Below are positions 27,698 to 37,033 of a DNA stretch of 54,391 nt, one piece after another. The stretch spans positions 1 to 54,391 of IMG/VR virus record IMGVR_UViG_3300009168_000014. One strand, 5' to 3'. Each line of letters begins with the position of its first letter. The first letter of the stretch is position 1. The notes below the pieces were generated by a model that worked only from the letters and a program-made list of their open reading frames with translations, had not been told where the DNA came from and searched no databases. The translations under genes were made by a program, and so were the position numbers. Source of the stretch: a virus. Its lineage: Duplodnaviria; Caudoviricetes.

Positions 27698-29786
27698 TGC
27701 CGTAAAGGGCATTAAACTCTTAGAGGCCAAACCAGAGGCACAAACACAGGCACAGGCGAAGGCGATTCAACAGACCGAGTCGCCTTCCGCTACAACTGTG
27801 ACTCCCCCAGTTACTTCCCCGATGACTCCTCCAACGACTCCCCCAGCTACTGTGAAGATAGAGAGGAAGCCTAAGCATACTGCTGTACTGGTGAAGCTGG
27901 ACGGAGTGACTACTCCCCACTTCGTCACCTTTGAGGGAAAGTGGATGGAGCAGACAGAGCTGTTCGGCAGTAAGACTATCGTGTATACGACTGAAGAGAG
28001 ACTCCAAAGAGCGATAGGTGTGGATAAGTTCCAAGAGGTAGCCCCGACTATGCTGAAAGAACCAGACGTAGTATGGCAACTGCCAGCAGACCTCATACAG
28101 GGCTGGGGACAGTATCTGTTAGATGCATTCCCAACCACAGAGGTAGCTATACTGTACGGCAGGAAAGTACTGGCTGATGGTAGTGTCCAGTGGCTCGGCG
28201 TAGTACCAGAACAAGAGGTGAGTTCTGCATCCGTAGATATAGATGACTATGCAAAGGCAATGGATAGACTTATTGGCGGAGGCTACAGAGTGATTGGCAC
28301 TCTGCACACACATCCTGGTGGACTACTGACTCCCTCTTGTACTGATACAGATGACCTGTGGCAACTTGGCGGAGTACACCTGATAGTATCCAGAAGCAGA
28401 GGCATCAGCTGGTGGTTCTCCCAGCACGAAGCCTACTGGAGAATATGGGAGGACGTCTCCCCGACTACAGTAGCAGTAGCAATGGCACAGACGACTGGCA
28501 CTTCCACACGGCCAGTCACTCTCCATAAGAAACAATTGACGGAGAAGGACTGTCCAGTCTGGTTTACGAGGAAAGAGAGAAAGGCTTGGAAGAAGCAACT
28601 ACGAGAGTCCACATTCAAGACGAAGACGACTACTACTATTACGACTGCTGCGACAGAGCCGGAGACCGGTACTGGTTTGGTGGTCCCAGAGTTCCTGGTA
28701 GACGAAGACGGAGACGTGAAGTTCGGTGAGATGGTGAGTGAGAAGACCTTCGGATTCAATAGTGGTGGTCACAAGAACTACAACTACAACTACAGTGGAA
28801 TGCAGGAAGGCTTCGACTGGACAAAGGAAGTAGGCAGTCAAGTGATAGTAGGTGCATCCGGCTGTGGATACCCAGCGTACTGTGTACACAAGATATACGA
28901 CCGGACAAATACCTGTAAACTCAGTGGGTACTGTAAACACCAGACAAAGTTAGCAACAGAGGCAGGGGCAGTAAACGAGACAGCCAGACTGGGACAGTCT
29001 ATAGGCATACCTACTGTGTTTCCCGCCTGTACTTTTGAGGGCTGGTGTAAGGACCAGAGACTTCTGGGTACAGAGAAAGACTGGTGTATCTATACTGGAA
29101 CTTGTGCCAATCAGAACCATACACACATCTACAGGAAGTGGGACACTACAGTGATTGGAGAGCCAAAGCCCCGCAAGAATGAGGAATACAAAGCACCATA
29201 CACTATCGAAGGCAGTAAGGTGTATGGCAGGACAGTATCCGCAGAAGAGTGGAACACCTATGGTGCCTGGAGACAGGTGATGGCGGAGAAGATGAAGAGT
29301 GGGGAGATAAAGAGTTCTCCAGACCACCCCGTAGACCTGAGCTTCGATGGGTGGAAGGCGATAGTAGCGAAGAAAGAGGCAGAGAAGAAGATTATACTGG
29401 CGGATAGTGGTCCTACTCCGACCAAAGCCGAGATTAAGAAGGCAGAGAAAGACTCTGTCTGGCAGACTCTAGGTAAGGGCGAGTATAAGCTGGTAGACCT
29501 AATAGACCTCTTTGATACTACAGACATCAGGACAAAGTACTTTGAGGAGTATAACACCATACACTACAGGCTGATAGCTATGCTGAAAGGCATCAGGGAC
29601 CACCTACAGATGACACAGAAGGAGTTTCGTGACTTCGCACCAGAGAAAGTAGTAGACTGGGGTACAAGAGTCGAGAAGCTAATAACAAGAATGCTGTTTG
29701 TGATAGACCCCAGTATCACTGCTACAGCTGCAAAGAAGGATAATACAAAGACAGATACAGAGAAAGGAGATGCCCCATGCCGTTAG
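27678..29786 (+). CDS. JAB/JAMM metalloprotease with a Cys-rich C-terminal extension
   Basis: E...VPEQEVSSASV...GTLHTH-PGGLLTP-S-CT-D is an exact HxH-x7-S-x2-D motif. Confidence 0.85.
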   Translation: MTKWKYDAVKGIKLLEAKPEAQTQAQAKAIQQTESPSATTVTPPVTSPMTPPTTPPATVKIERKPKHTAVLVKLDGVTTPHFVTFEGKWMEQTELFGSKTIVYTTEERLQRAIGVDKFQEVAPTMLKEPDVVWQLPADLIQGWGQYLLDAFPTTEVAILYGRKVLADGSVQWLGVVPEQEVSSASVDIDDYAKAMDRLIGGGYRVIGTLHTHPGGLLTPSCTDTDDLWQLGGVHLIVSRSRGISWWFSQHEAYWRIWEDVSPTTVAVAMAQTTGTSTRPVTLHKKQLTEKDCPVWFTRKERKAWKKQLRESTFKTKTTTTITTAATEPETGTGLVVPEFLVDEDGDVKFGEMVSEKTFGFNSGGHKNYNYNYSGMQEGFDWTKEVGSQVIVGASGCGYPAYCVHKIYDRTNTCKLSGYCKHQTKLATEAGAVNETARLGQSIGIPTVFPACTFEGWCKDQRLLGTEKDWCIYTGTCANQNHTHIYRKWDTTVIGEPKPRKNEEYKAPYTIEGSKVYGRTVSAEEWNTYGAWRQVMAEKMKSGEIKSSPDHPVDLSFDGWKAIVAKKEAEKKIILADSGPTPTKAEIKKAEKDSVWQTLGKGEYKLVDLIDLFDTTDIRTKYFEEYNTIHYRLIAMLKGIRDHLQMTQKEFRDFAPEKVVDWGTRVEKLITRMLFVIDPSITATAAKKDNTKTDTEKGDAPCR

Positions 29787-32700
29787 ACCCAAGAGTAGTA
29801 GATGATGAGACTCTCCAACGGCAGATAGCTGTTGACGCAGCCAGAGAAGCAACACAGCCAAGAGAGGCGAGACAGCCAACGACACCACTACCACCACTGA
29901 TAGAGAGGCTAGTAACATGGGCAATCCAGACGGATGGAGGCTACAGGGGGATAGGTGGCAGTGTGTGGAGTGGACGGTCCTTAGAAGACCTAAGAGTAGT
30001 TCCAGAGTCTAAAGAAGTAAAGGAGATAGAACCAGATATGAAAAAGAATGCGAGTAAAATCACCACTCCGCTGCCCGTTAGTAAGATAGAGTTGCAGAGG
30101 CAGGCGGCCGAGAGAATAGGAAAGCCTCTGCCAACAGGGAGGGTGGGACACTACTATGAGATGTGGGACACTGCTGACCCTGCCAAGAGTATTGTAATCT
30201 TTGAGAAGGAGAGCCCAGATGATGTGAACTACACCAGTATATTTGCTTTGGGAAGTCACGCAGACTGTAGTCCCCTGGGTCTAACTACCAGAGATAAGAA
30301 TGTAGTATCAGTACAAAGACTTATGGGCGGCAACCACTGGGATGCAGCAGTATCCAGACGCATAACAAAATCGCAACCCAGAGACAGTAGGAACTGGTAT
30401 CGTAGACACCTCACCGACTATCTGAATGAGTGTCGACCAGAGTATGTCAGAAGTCCTGGGAGAGATGGTCTCTCCCACCGCATAGAGTTTGAGAGGGCGG
30501 TACCCTACTCCTACTGGGCAAACGCCTACGATAGTAAGACGGGACAGGTGAACAATATCCCACTGCATAGCCTAAGTGTGACGGAGATGAATGCGGTGGT
30601 TGACCTGCTGGTGACACTACAGCGAGACCTGATAATCCCTGTACTTAGTAACTGTAATGGAGCCACCGGAGCAACTGAGGCAGTAGACAGGGTTCTGACA
30701 ACTACGACAGAGATACTACTGTATAGCTGGATAGTACGCAGCAGAGCGTTCTACGCAGTAAACAGACGCTCAAAGACCACTCCAGAGGGAGTGCCTTCTT
30801 CTGCACCGACACCACAGACAGCGGTATATCCACTGGGGAATGACTTCCAGTACTTGCAGAGTGTAATCGAACAGATGAGATACACTACGAAACCACTGTA
30901 TACCACCTTTACTATGACTCCAGAAACAGAAGACCCACAACAGCCAAAGAACCTGACTACAGCAGCACAAAGGATACAGTCTGTACTGTCTGAGATGTCA
31001 TCACTGACAAGAGAGAGACTGCGTCAGGATATAGCGGTGCAGTATCTAAAGACCTTCGAGCCTATACTATTGCCAGGTACGGAGAAGGGTATTGCGTGGG
31101 TAGAGACAACAGGATACATCAGTCAGTGCCTTGATACTATAGCAGACCAGAAGAGTAATGGAGACCTTTGTCTGGATAAGACTCATACGATTGGGGCAGT
31201 GGGTGTCCTTAGCCGTAGTGGGAATGTACTACAGGAAAGAGGAGGATACAGTGCACTGCCAGTAATAGATAATACTATAGCAGTACGTCTTAGTGGTGGA
31301 CGCTCACATATACAGAAGGACTTCCGTTCTATGGTGACAGACGAGACACCAGTTGACTTGACGGGACTCCAGACCACACTGGCAAAGGCAATGAAGGGAA
31401 TCGAACAGATTGATGAGTGGAGACAGGACAGGATGAAGAAGCGTCCAGAGGAGTTAAACTCTGTGATGCCACAGCAGATTATCACACTGAAGACTACACA
31501 GGGAATTCCACTGTATATCAATGCAGAACAGCGGGTGGCAGTGTTTGCTGCCGGACTTGGACTGCACTCCTATTTCTACAATAGAGCCGGTGCCCACTAT
31601 AACTATGACTATTATGTTCCTAATCGCAGTCGTGATGGACAGATAGAACTGGAGACCCCACAGATAGTCGTTACTACTGGACCCACACTGGGTATCGGTG
31701 ATGTCTGGGGCTGGACTGTCTATAGTACGACTAACAAAGGTGGAAGTCTGATAGTGGTAATACCAGAGGAACAGTGGGACGCCTTTCTGATGAGTGGTCT
31801 GTGGCAGAAGGGTGCTGTACTCATACCAGCCATAACATACTGGCAGGGATGGGGAAGTGGACCAGTAGTACCTACTCCCAGTCAGACATTCGGGTCCCTA
31901 CTGTGGTGGACTAATCAGGGGCCAAACAACAGATGTCTGGGGGCACTGGGTGATGCCCTGCTGGAGGCCAGAGGTATGTGGAGTGTCGCTACACAGGACT
32001 TACGCTCGAAGGGCAAGATGTCTGTTATACAGAGGTATGCTATGGCAGACCAGATAGCCAGTCCTAACACAGATGCCCACGTTACTGGGATGACAGAGAC
32101 GTATATTCCTACAATACCACTGTTACTGGCACTGCCGAAGATAGGTAAGGTGGTGGAGAAGATGGCGGTCAGTGACTTTGAGGACATACAGCCTGCTGTG
32201 GCTGGTGCTGTCCACAGGGAGCTGGGAAACCTACTGGTGTATACGTGGCTGGGAGCTATGAGAACAACAACAGACCAGACACCACTGTCAGTAGTGCGGT
32301 TTGGAGTACCAGTGAAAGAGCCGAAGGAACACACCTGGTGGTGGTCATTCCCCACAGATACAGCTGTGTATGACAGGTATGTGCCGTTGCCCAGAGTATA
32401 CTTTCCCTCGATGGGAGATATACATATAGCACTACGGCAGTCTAATCTCACACATCAGACTGGCGGGTTTGTATCAGTTATAGACCTGCCGGTAATCGTA
32501 GACCCGCCAAAAGAAGGTGCTGCTAAAGGTGAGAGGCGGAGGCTGGAGTGGTCTGTTGGGTCAGAGTTCTTCCAAGAGAAGGCCGATGAGAAGGCTGAGT
32601 CTATGGATAACTGGAGGGACACCTATGGCAGTATAGCAATGATTGCCTATCTATTGAGACTACAGAGGCTATTGCCAGAGCTCAGACTAACGAGGACGGA

Positions 32701-33397
32701 CAGGACATACTTCTGGCAACTCGGCAGAAGGGAGAGTTCCGACCACGAGAAGACTGGTGCAACCGTGCTGGTAGACTATCAGGGACGACTACTACCGGCT
32801 GATGCACGCAAGATTATGCTGGCAAAGGCAGCACAACTGGAGAAACAGACTTATAGGATGGACACAGAGCTGCCTACTCCACTACTGAAGAAGGATAGCA
32901 GCAGACTATTCTGGGAGTTAGGTATGTCAATGCACCCTATTGGACTCTCACTGGTTAATGTATACAGTAGCACATACTCCGCACTGTATTTGGAATACCT
33001 GCGGGCAGGAGTCACTCCACAGAATGTAAGGTATGCCAGATATCCCAGAGATATGGGGACCGAGTCTGACGTTATAGGTAACATCCAGGGTGTACAGGTG
33101 GGAGGCTATGGCGACATGAGCCCAGTAGTCGCAGTGGACAAGTACGATATACGGCATACAGTGAGTCATATAAACAGTATATACCTAGAGCAGATACGAT
33201 GTGACTACATACAGGATTCAGTGGTAAAGGTTATTGCAGAGATAGAACTACGGCTGTCTGATAGATATCCAGATGTGAGGCAGAGGTTGCTAAAGAGTCT
33301 GGAGAGTATCTCATATGTAACACCCAAAGCATTACAGAAACAGATGGTGGAAGTCATAGACGCATATATAAAGGTAAAAGGAAAGGAGTCGGTATAG
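29777..33397 (+). CDS. Large hypothetical protein (1206 aa), possible E2-like domain
   Basis: Coupled to JAB; Cys contexts SNGDLCLD and TNQGPNNRCLG resemble E2 active sites; function inferred only. Confidence 0.45.
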   Translation: MPLDPRVVDDETLQRQIAVDAAREATQPREARQPTTPLPPLIERLVTWAIQTDGGYRGIGGSVWSGRSLEDLRVVPESKEVKEIEPDMKKNASKITTPLPVSKIELQRQAAERIGKPLPTGRVGHYYEMWDTADPAKSIVIFEKESPDDVNYTSIFALGSHADCSPLGLTTRDKNVVSVQRLMGGNHWDAAVSRRITKSQPRDSRNWYRRHLTDYLNECRPEYVRSPGRDGLSHRIEFERAVPYSYWANAYDSKTGQVNNIPLHSLSVTEMNAVVDLLVTLQRDLIIPVLSNCNGATGATEAVDRVLTTTTEILLYSWIVRSRAFYAVNRRSKTTPEGVPSSAPTPQTAVYPLGNDFQYLQSVIEQMRYTTKPLYTTFTMTPETEDPQQPKNLTTAAQRIQSVLSEMSSLTRERLRQDIAVQYLKTFEPILLPGTEKGIAWVETTGYISQCLDTIADQKSNGDLCLDKTHTIGAVGVLSRSGNVLQERGGYSALPVIDNTIAVRLSGGRSHIQKDFRSMVTDETPVDLTGLQTTLAKAMKGIEQIDEWRQDRMKKRPEELNSVMPQQIITLKTTQGIPLYINAEQRVAVFAAGLGLHSYFYNRAGAHYNYDYYVPNRSRDGQIELETPQIVVTTGPTLGIGDVWGWTVYSTTNKGGSLIVVIPEEQWDAFLMSGLWQKGAVLIPAITYWQGWGSGPVVPTPSQTFGSLLWWTNQGPNNRCLGALGDALLEARGMWSVATQDLRSKGKMSVIQRYAMADQIASPNTDAHVTGMTETYIPTIPLLLALPKIGKVVEKMAVSDFEDIQPAVAGAVHRELGNLLVYTWLGAMRTTTDQTPLSVVRFGVPVKEPKEHTWWWSFPTDTAVYDRYVPLPRVYFPSMGDIHIALRQSNLTHQTGGFVSVIDLPVIVDPPKEGAAKGERRRLEWSVGSEFFQEKADEKAESMDNWRDTYGSIAMIAYLLRLQRLLPELRLTRTDRTYFWQLGRRESSDHEKTGATVLVDYQGRLLPADARKIMLAKAAQLEKQTYRMDTELPTPLLKKDSSRLFWELGMSMHPIGLSLVNVYSSTYSALYLEYLRAGVTPQNVRYARYPRDMGTESDVIGNIQGVQVGGYGDMSPVVAVDKYDIRHTVSHINSIYLEQIRCDYIQDSVVKVIAEIELRLSDRYPDVRQRLLKSLESISYVTPKALQKQMVEVIDAYIKVKGKESV

Positions 33398-33398
33398 T

Positions 33399-33743
33399 AT
33401 GAAAATATATAATGTAACATTCCAGACAGAGCCCATAGTGGTGGAGGTTGAGCAGGATGGACTCAATGAGACGGGAGAGGAGATGGCAGCCGCAGATAAA
33501 GCATACACAGAACTGGCACAGTCATTGATAGAGCAACTGGCTATTGTAGATGCAGATGGAGTCCTGATAAGCAGAGTATCTGATGCTCTGCGGGAAGTCT
33601 TACAAGCAACTGTAGTGGATACAACCAGGGATGCTGGGATAGAAGAGATGGTAGAGGCACTGGATGCCGATGAGTTATTGGGTACGGATGCAGATACAGA
33701 CAATATTAACACTATAAAGGAGATTGAAAATGAACTGGAATAG
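33399..33743 (+). CDS. Highly acidic small protein
   Basis: AAAGGAG RBS; strongly D/E-rich with very few K/R. Confidence 0.6.
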   Translation: MKIYNVTFQTEPIVVEVEQDGLNETGEEMAAADKAYTELAQSLIEQLAIVDADGVLISRVSDALREVLQATVVDTTRDAGIEEMVEALDADELLGTDADTDNINTIKEIENELE

Positions 33744-34047
33744 TCTGACAAAAGATGACTGGATAAGTATAGGACTGACAGCAGCATTCATCATATGGAT
33801 AGCTGCCGCAGTCTGGGAGATGGTACTGAAGACCAGACAGCATAAGAGGCAGATGAGGAAGTATGAGGAACAGAATAAGTATATAGACGAAGCGTATAAG
33901 ATACTGAAAGAACATATATGGAGTATTGATATACACTATAGACAGCATCTGAGAACTCTGCACGCTAAGGACAGCTGGCAGAAGATAGAGGATGTTATCA
34001 GAGGTAAAACTGTGAATAGACAAAGAGATAGACAGGGCCATAGATAG
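33724..34047 (+). CDS. Single-pass membrane protein
   Basis: N-terminal TM WISIGLTAAFIIWIAAAVW; basic C-terminus. Confidence 0.55.
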   Translation: MKMNWNSLTKDDWISIGLTAAFIIWIAAAVWEMVLKTRQHKRQMRKYEEQNKYIDEAYKILKEHIWSIDIHYRQHLRTLHAKDSWQKIEDVIRGKTVNRQRDRQGHR

Positions 34048-34055
34048 TAATGGTA

Positions 34056-34107
34056 GTGTCCAGCCCAGAGGTTGGTGGAGAGTTTGGGTTCGAGTCCCAC
34101 TGGACAC
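34056..34107 (+). ncRNA. Truncated tRNA-like element (acceptor-like stem plus T-arm)
   Basis: GTGTCCAG pairs with CTGGACAC; T-arm TGGG-TTCGAGT-CCCA. Confidence 0.55.
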
Positions 34108-34160
34108 ATTGGCTATATGAAATAGAGTATATTGTAGAGTGTATAGTAAAGGAGATTAGT

Positions 34161-34442
34161 ATGAGTAAGAGTAAGAATAAGAGTAAGAGTAAAGCGAAGA
34201 AGGTTAGTATTATGGAGAAGGTAGAGAGGCATCTGAATACTGGAAAGACTCTGACTACATTAGAGGCTTGCAGGAAACCCTTTTGTACACACAGACTGGG
34301 GGCTGTTATACATCAGCTGAAGTGGAGACTTATTAGACGAGAGAGTCCGAGGGCTATTGTCATGGAGAGAGTCAGACGAGTGAATGCCATGGGACGCAGA
34401 GTTAGTATAGCAAAGTATAGTCTAAAGTATAGTCTAAGGTAA
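34161..34442 (+). CDS. Winged helix-turn-helix protein (HTH_39-like)
   Basis: AAAGGAG RBS before ATG 34161; HLNTGKTLTTLEA...RLGAVIHQLK...AKYSL. Confidence 0.65.
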   Translation: MSKSKNKSKSKAKKVSIMEKVERHLNTGKTLTTLEACRKPFCTHRLGAVIHQLKWRLIRRESPRAIVMERVRRVNAMGRRVSIAKYSLKYSLR

Positions 34443-34460
34443 ATCGCCTCCTTTTAGTAC

Positions 34461-34501
34461 ACCCACTACTGACTTTATACTGGTTGGTAGTGGGTTCTTT
34501 T
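34461..34501 (+). terminator. Rho-independent terminator
   Basis: ACCCACTACTGAC...GTTGGTAGTGGGT-TCTTTT. Confidence 0.75.
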
Positions 34502-34827
34502 ATGACTATTAGTGGATAGACTACTGGAGGGACCTGACTGTTTGGTGGTCCCAGGTGTTTGGGATAGACGGGCAGCGAGTGGATAGTCGGGTGGGGGGGT
34601 GAGTAGATGGACTATATGAGGAGGAATTCGTGTAGGAGGGGGGAGAGGGTGTTAGTGGGTGTTAATCTGGGAAAGATAGAGTGCCGGGATAAGATAGAGG
34701 ATTTGGATAGACTGGGCCTGATGTAGAGATTATAGGTCGGGAATATACAGGCGGAGGATAGAAACAAGATACAGATTAGAGGGAATATATAGACTAAAAA
34801 TATTTTTATTTTTATTAAAGATTACTG

Positions 34828-34856
34828 TTGACACGTGCCGAATAGTATATTATAAG
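34828..34856 (+). promoter_or_regulatory. Sigma70-like promoter
   Basis: TTGACA-17-TATAAG with an AT-rich UP-like tract. Confidence 0.55.
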
Positions 34857-34913
34857 TATGACAAGGTTAATCAATGTGATTAATCGAATAGAGTATAGTA
34901 AAAACAGTAAGGA

Positions 34914-35426
34914 GTGATTATCATGACAACAGCACAAAACACAACTACACAAAACGCAGCACCAATGACACAAGCACAGATTGAAGCAAAAAGCAAGGCA
35001 GACAGACAATATATACTTAACGCTTTGATTAGAGGGGCAAAACACCTCGCTAAAAATCCCTACGTACAATCGGAGAATGTAAAGACAAACCGGCTGCCGA
35101 TTGGAGTTTGGCTGTTTGGTGATTCGGAGAATGGAGAGTTCTGCATTGCTCTCGAATTACTCCAAGACCATACTGCCGAACAGATAGCGGAAGTGATAGC
35201 TGAGATAAAACCGATTGACGGGATTAAAGTAGTCACTGAGAATATCGACCATAAAGACACAAAGGCAGTGACGGGATTCCTCATGGAGGTACAGAGTAAA
35301 CGCAGTGATGGAAATAGGGCGCTCGATAAACCATACGACAAAGCCAAAATTTGGGTGATGGATATACTGGCGAAAACCAGTAAAAAAGGAAAGACAAGAG
35401 TAGCGCCAAGCTGGCTTAAGCAGTAA
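34914..35426 (+). CDS. Hypothetical protein, monocistronic
   Basis: TAAGGAG RBS (likely ATG 34923); own promoter and terminator. Confidence 0.65.
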   Translation: MIIMTTAQNTTTQNAAPMTQAQIEAKSKADRQYILNALIRGAKHLAKNPYVQSENVKTNRLPIGVWLFGDSENGEFCIALELLQDHTAEQIAEVIAEIKPIDGIKVVTENIDHKDTKAVTGFLMEVQSKRSDGNRALDKPYDKAKIWVMDILAKTSKKGKTRVAPSWLKQ

Positions 35427-35515
35427 GGAGTATATACTATGTGTAGTGGGTAGTGGTAGTATAAGCAGGGCTTATAGTAGTATAAGAGATACTTATAGAC
35501 GGTAGAGATAGAAGG

Positions 35516-35550
35516 AAACAGGGCTGGAATGAGAATCCAGCCTTGTTTGT
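35516..35550 (+). terminator. Rho-independent terminator
   Basis: AAACAGGGCTGGA-ATGAGAA-TCCAGCCTTGTTT. Confidence 0.7.
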
Positions 35551-35669
35551 TATATAGTTACATAACACACCTTGTCTATCCACAATATCCGAATGGGAGG
35601 ACAATTATCTGGCTTCGGAGGAGGGTTTCTGTAATTTTGTAGCGGGAAGCCGTTTCCCGTTTCCTTTAT

Positions 35670-35783
35670 GCCGTTGGTCGTTAGTCGTTGCCGTTATCCG
35701 TTAGTCGTTAATCTTTATCCATAAAACGAAGTTTTATACCTTTTATGTCGTTAGCCGTTAAAGCCGTTGGTCGTTAGTCGTTG
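35670..35783. repeat. Degenerate CGTT-core heptamer arrays containing a 21-bp direct repeat
   Basis: GCCGTTGGTCGTTAGTCGTTG at 35670-35690 and 35763-35783, plus further CGTTA/CGTTG units. Confidence 0.8.
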
Positions 35784-36150
35784 GGAATATAGGGGAAATA
35801 GATAAGATAGCAAATACTTTTATATGTATGTCTTATGCGTCAGCGTCAGCGTCAACTTCATCAACGCAGTTGATTCCGCTGTAACACCGACAGTCTTTCT
35901 TAGAATGTGTGTAGCAGAAGGCGTCGGCCCCCTGGGTGAGTGAGTCGTATACTCGAAAGCCCTTTCTCACCCGCCACAACTTTTCAAATTCACCTTTCTT
36001 ACCAAACAGTACTGGTAAGACTCCCATTTTCAGTTAACCCTTTTCCCAGAGGATGTATAGGGTTACCCCCTCCTACACCTATAATAATGAGGATTTCTTA
36101 CCAGGAATCGTAAAACCCATTCTTACTCGTAAAAAATATTTATTTTCTTC

Positions 36151-36179
36151 TTGACAAGAAGTAAGGAATGTCTTAATAT
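36151..36179 (+). promoter_or_regulatory. Sigma70-like promoter
   Basis: TTGACA-17-TAATAT with upstream AAAAAATATTTATTTTCTTC. Confidence 0.65.
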
Positions 36180-36230
36180 AGGGAAAGTAGCGTTTTTGAG
36201 AACATAACGAATCTTTTAAGGAGTAAACAA

Positions 36231-36830
36231 ATGCCGTCTTCCGAAGCCCCTATCACCGCAAAAATCTGCGAATCCTGTACAAAAGCCGTCGGGAACCCCG
36301 TTGTCCTGCCAATATCCGAATTCTATGCAGATTCCTCAACTACGTCTGGATACAGCAGTCGTTGTAAAAACTGCCTGCGACGGGCAAATCGTGAGGTTTA
36401 TGCCCGTAAGCACAGCCTTTACCGCCTCGCCCTAGTTCACGAATGTACCGACATCCCGCCCGACCAGCTGGCCGCAGCCCTCAACATCCTGCCAAAAGAG
36501 CTATCCCGCCTTCAGGCAACGACCAATGACTCTTCCATCCTAGGCAAAGTTCGTCTGAAACAGTGTGCCAATCCCTTCTGTGCCCGTATCCGTCCGGCGA
36601 ACACCGACCATTTCTATCCTGACGTAACCCGTCGACACGGGCTGGATAATTGGTGTATCCGTTGTCGCAAGGTAACTAGGATACTACAGAGAGTACGTGA
36701 GTCTGAAGTTACCGAGATTGCCACAACCATAATCGACAAGGGTCCCCTGTCTGCCGAGGAACTCAAAGCTCTGGAGCCCGTAAAGGGAGCCGCCGAACTG
36801 GGCTTCGACGAAAACGGAATGCCGTTCTAG
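36231..36830 (+). CDS. Double zinc-finger protein (possible regulator)
   Basis: CESC...EFY...SRCKNC and CANPFC...HFY...NWCIRC; AAGGAG RBS. Confidence 0.65.
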   Translation: MPSSEAPITAKICESCTKAVGNPVVLPISEFYADSSTTSGYSSRCKNCLRRANREVYARKHSLYRLALVHECTDIPPDQLAAALNILPKELSRLQATTNDSSILGKVRLKQCANPFCARIRPANTDHFYPDVTRRHGLDNWCIRCRKVTRILQRVRESEVTEIATTIIDKGPLSAEELKALEPVKGAAELGFDENGMPF

Positions 36831-36881
36831 TGCTATGGATAGTAATATAACCAAATATTAAAATTTGAAAGGAGTAATTGT

Positions 36882-37025
36882 ATGTTCTTTTATTTACGCA
36901 CATTTGGACTGAAGGCCGCTATCGGCATCCATCTGGTAAACCTGACGAAGTGGTATCTGGGTGCCAGACGGATAAAGATATACTACAAGATTAAAGGTGG
37001 CCGTAACAAAAAGAAAATATTTTAA
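36882..37025 (+). CDS. Small basic protein (47 aa)
   Basis: GAAAGGAG RBS; K/R-rich; not in the ORF track. Confidence 0.45.
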   Translation: MFFYLRTFGLKAAIGIHLVNLTKWYLGARRIKIYYKIKGGRNKKKIF

Positions 37026-37033
37026 TTTTCTTC

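Noticed and set aside
26457-34107. Calling the two T-arm elements real tRNA genes
   Set aside because: Too short (64 and 52 nt), lacking a proper D arm plus anticodon arm and CCA
35670-35783. CRISPR array
   Set aside because: Only two 21-bp copies made of short internal units; no regular repeat-spacer structure; the Cas4-like gene is in a recombination context
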